32,000 nucleotides of DNA from Pseudomonas aeruginosa (GTDB taxonomy: Bacteria > Pseudomonadota > Gammaproteobacteria > Pseudomonadales > Pseudomonadaceae), in NCBI RefSeq assembly GCF_001457615.1, contig NZ_LN831024.1, forward strand, positions 5,370,001 through 5,402,000, in the 5' to 3' direction. Every line of letters begins with the position of its first letter. Position 1 is the first letter of the stretch. The position numbers were made by a program, and so were the translations under genes. Below, in pieces: positions 30,425 to 32,000 of this stretch. Under the pieces are notes generated by a model. That model worked only from the letters and a program-made list of their open reading frames with translations. It was not told the origin of the DNA and made no database searches.

Positions 30425-31551
30425 TGGATACGCCGATCGAACGCGCCCCGCTGGCTCCCGACCTGAGCCAGGCCCGTTACGCCGTCGACCTCACCGGCCT
30501 GGTGCCGGCGGAGGTCGCCGCCGGGCTGCCGCCGCTGCCGCCGAACCACTTCTATTTCTATCCGCCGGACCCGCTGCTGGAAGGCGACGGCGCGATCACC
30601 GCGATCGAGGACAGCGACCCCTTCGACCAGTACGTCTACCGCCTGCGCCGGGTGCTCTACCAGGGCCGCACGCGCTGGCAGAACGTGCTGATCGCCGACA
30701 CCTACAACTACGACCGCGTGCTGATGCTCGACGGCGCGATCCAGAGCGCCGAGAGCGATGAGTCGCTGTACCACGAGCTGCTGGTGCAGCCGGCCATGCT
30801 CGCCCACGACGAGCCGCGCGACGTACTGATCATCGGCGGCGGCGAAGGCGCCACCCTGCGCGAGGTGCTGTCCCATGCCAGCGTGCGGCGGGCGGTGATG
30901 GTCGATCTCGACCGGGAGCTGGTGGAACTGTGTCGCGAACACCTGTTCCAGTGGCACCAGGGCGCCTTCGACGACCCACGCTGCGAACTGCTCGCCGAGG
31001 ACGGCCGGGCCTATCTCGAGCGCGACCCGTCGCTCTATGACGTGGTCATCATCGACGTCGTCGACATGCTCGACAACGGCCCGGCCCAGGCTCTCTATAC
31101 CCGCCAGTTCTACGAGCTGCTGCATTCGCGCCTGCGACCGGGCGGGGTGGTCGCGGTGCAGGGGCTGGAGTTCTCCCACAGCGACGACAAGCCCCACGCG
31201 GCCCTCGCCCGCACCCTGCGCAGTGTCTTCTCCCGGGTCCACAGCTACCGCGCCACGGTGCCCTCGTTCCTCTCCTCCTGGGGCTTCCTGCTGGCTTCCG
31301 ACTGGCTCGACACGAACCACTGGCAGGCCGAGGACATCGACCGACGCATCGAACGCAAGCTCGGCCCGCTGTGGCTCGACCACCTCGACGGCGACTACCT
31401 CAAGGCCTGCTTCGTGATGGACCGGGAAACCCGCTTCCTGCTCGCCCAACCGGGACCGGTACTGGAAGACGGCGTACCCTTCGTCGCACCGCCGGATATC
31501 GAGGAGATCGAGTTCGGCCCGGCACAATTGCCGGCCCTGGCGAGGACCTGA
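30424..31551 (+). CDS. speE2: Spermidine synthase-like aminopropyltransferase
   Basis: 375 aa MDTPIERAPLAPDLSQARYAVDLTG...DRVLMLDGAIQSAESDESLYHELLVQPAMLAHDEPRDVLIIGGGEGATLREVL; TGATG-type overlap with the preceding gene. Confidence 0.92.
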   Translation: MDTPIERAPLAPDLSQARYAVDLTGLVPAEVAAGLPPLPPNHFYFYPPDPLLEGDGAITAIEDSDPFDQYVYRLRRVLYQGRTRWQNVLIADTYNYDRVLMLDGAIQSAESDESLYHELLVQPAMLAHDEPRDVLIIGGGEGATLREVLSHASVRRAVMVDLDRELVELCREHLFQWHQGAFDDPRCELLAEDGRAYLERDPSLYDVVIIDVVDMLDNGPAQALYTRQFYELLHSRLRPGGVVAVQGLEFSHSDDKPHAALARTLRSVFSRVHSYRATVPSFLSSWGFLLASDWLDTNHWQAEDIDRRIERKLGPLWLDHLDGDYLKACFVMDRETRFLLAQPGPVLEDGVPFVAPPDIEEIEFGPAQLPALART

Positions 31552-31553
31552 AG

Positions 31554-32000
31554 ATGTCCGCCGCTCCCCTGGCCAGCGTACCGCTGGCCGTCAACGGCGC
31601 GCCCTGCCTGCTGCACCGGGTACGCTTCCGCTCCGCCGCGGACAGCGGCGGCCTGCCGCTGCTGGCCACCCTGCGCGATCCGCAGCCGGCGCTGGCCGTC
31701 CTGGCGCAACGCATCGAGCTGAGCGAAGACGCGGAACTGCCGGAGACCGCCGTCGACGACGAGCTGCTGGTGATCTTCGCCAACGCCGGGCTACAGACCG
31801 GGCACGCCTGGCGCCAGCGCCTGGAAGCCTGGATGGCCGCCGGCGAGGACGAGCGCCAGCCGACCCTGGAAGCGCCCTCGTTCGGCGAGCGGGTGCTGTG
31901 GCGCCCCGGCCGCGCGCTGGTCATCGGCAACCCCGAGCGCTGCCGGGAGCTGCTCGAAGGCCTGGCCGTCTTCGCCTGGCACGAAGGTCACCTGCGCCGC
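31554..32000 (+). CDS. Uncharacterised protein, third gene of the speD2-speE2 operon (truncated by window edge)
   Basis: ATG at 31554, 2 nt after the speE2 stop; open to the window end: MSAAPLASVPLAVNGAPCLLHRVRFRSAADSGGLPLLATLRDPQPALAVLAQRIELSEDAELPETAVDDELLVIFANAG... Confidence 0.8.
   Translation, partial: MSAAPLASVPLAVNGAPCLLHRVRFRSAADSGGLPLLATLRDPQPALAVLAQRIELSEDAELPETAVDDELLVIFANAGLQTGHAWRQRLEAWMAAGEDERQPTLEAPSFGERVLWRPGRALVIGNPERCRELLEGLAVFAWHEGHLRR

Noticed and set aside
30193-31527. 444-aa minus-strand ORF antisense to speD2/speE2
   Set aside because: Shadow ORF; sense genes have clear catalytic motifs and tight operon spacing.

Overview
This window looks like an ordinary stretch of Pseudomonas aeruginosa core chromosome (high GC; protein sequences and gene order match what I recall of PAO1 around PA4746-PA4775; locus numbers are recalled, not looked up). 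Minus strand, read from the right: grpE, dnaK, dnaJ, dapB, carA, LysE-family ORF, carB, greA, DUF4149-like ORF, rlmE, ftsH, folP, glmM, tpiA, secG, tRNA-Leu(GAG), tRNA-fMet, rimP (partial). yhbY is embedded on the plus strand. To the right are recN, fur (-), bamE/omlA, rnfH-ratA (-), smpB, lldR (-), the L-lactate operon lldP-lldD-FAD/FeS fusion protein, and a speD2-speE2-PA4775-like operon cut by the window edge. I see no prophage, transposase, CRISPR array or defence island. The least explained elements are: (1) three tandem 85-nt units at 101-nt period after the lactate operon, each partitioning exactly into an outer stem plus three hairpin arms (a four-way-junction or cloverleaf fold), the first unit supplying the stop codon of the upstream gene; (2) a PmrA/PhoP-like direct repeat ahead of the aminopropyl-transferase-like operon, which includes an uncharacterised third protein; (3) a terminator-like hairpin with a 7-codon mini-ORF and an ArgR-like half-site ahead of TTG-initiated carA; (4) an exact 7-3-7 palindrome that fits an LldR operator, and a long hairpin between lldP and lldD; (5) back-to-back sigma-32 and LexA signals between grpE and recN. 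The supplied ORF track gives carA the wrong strand.
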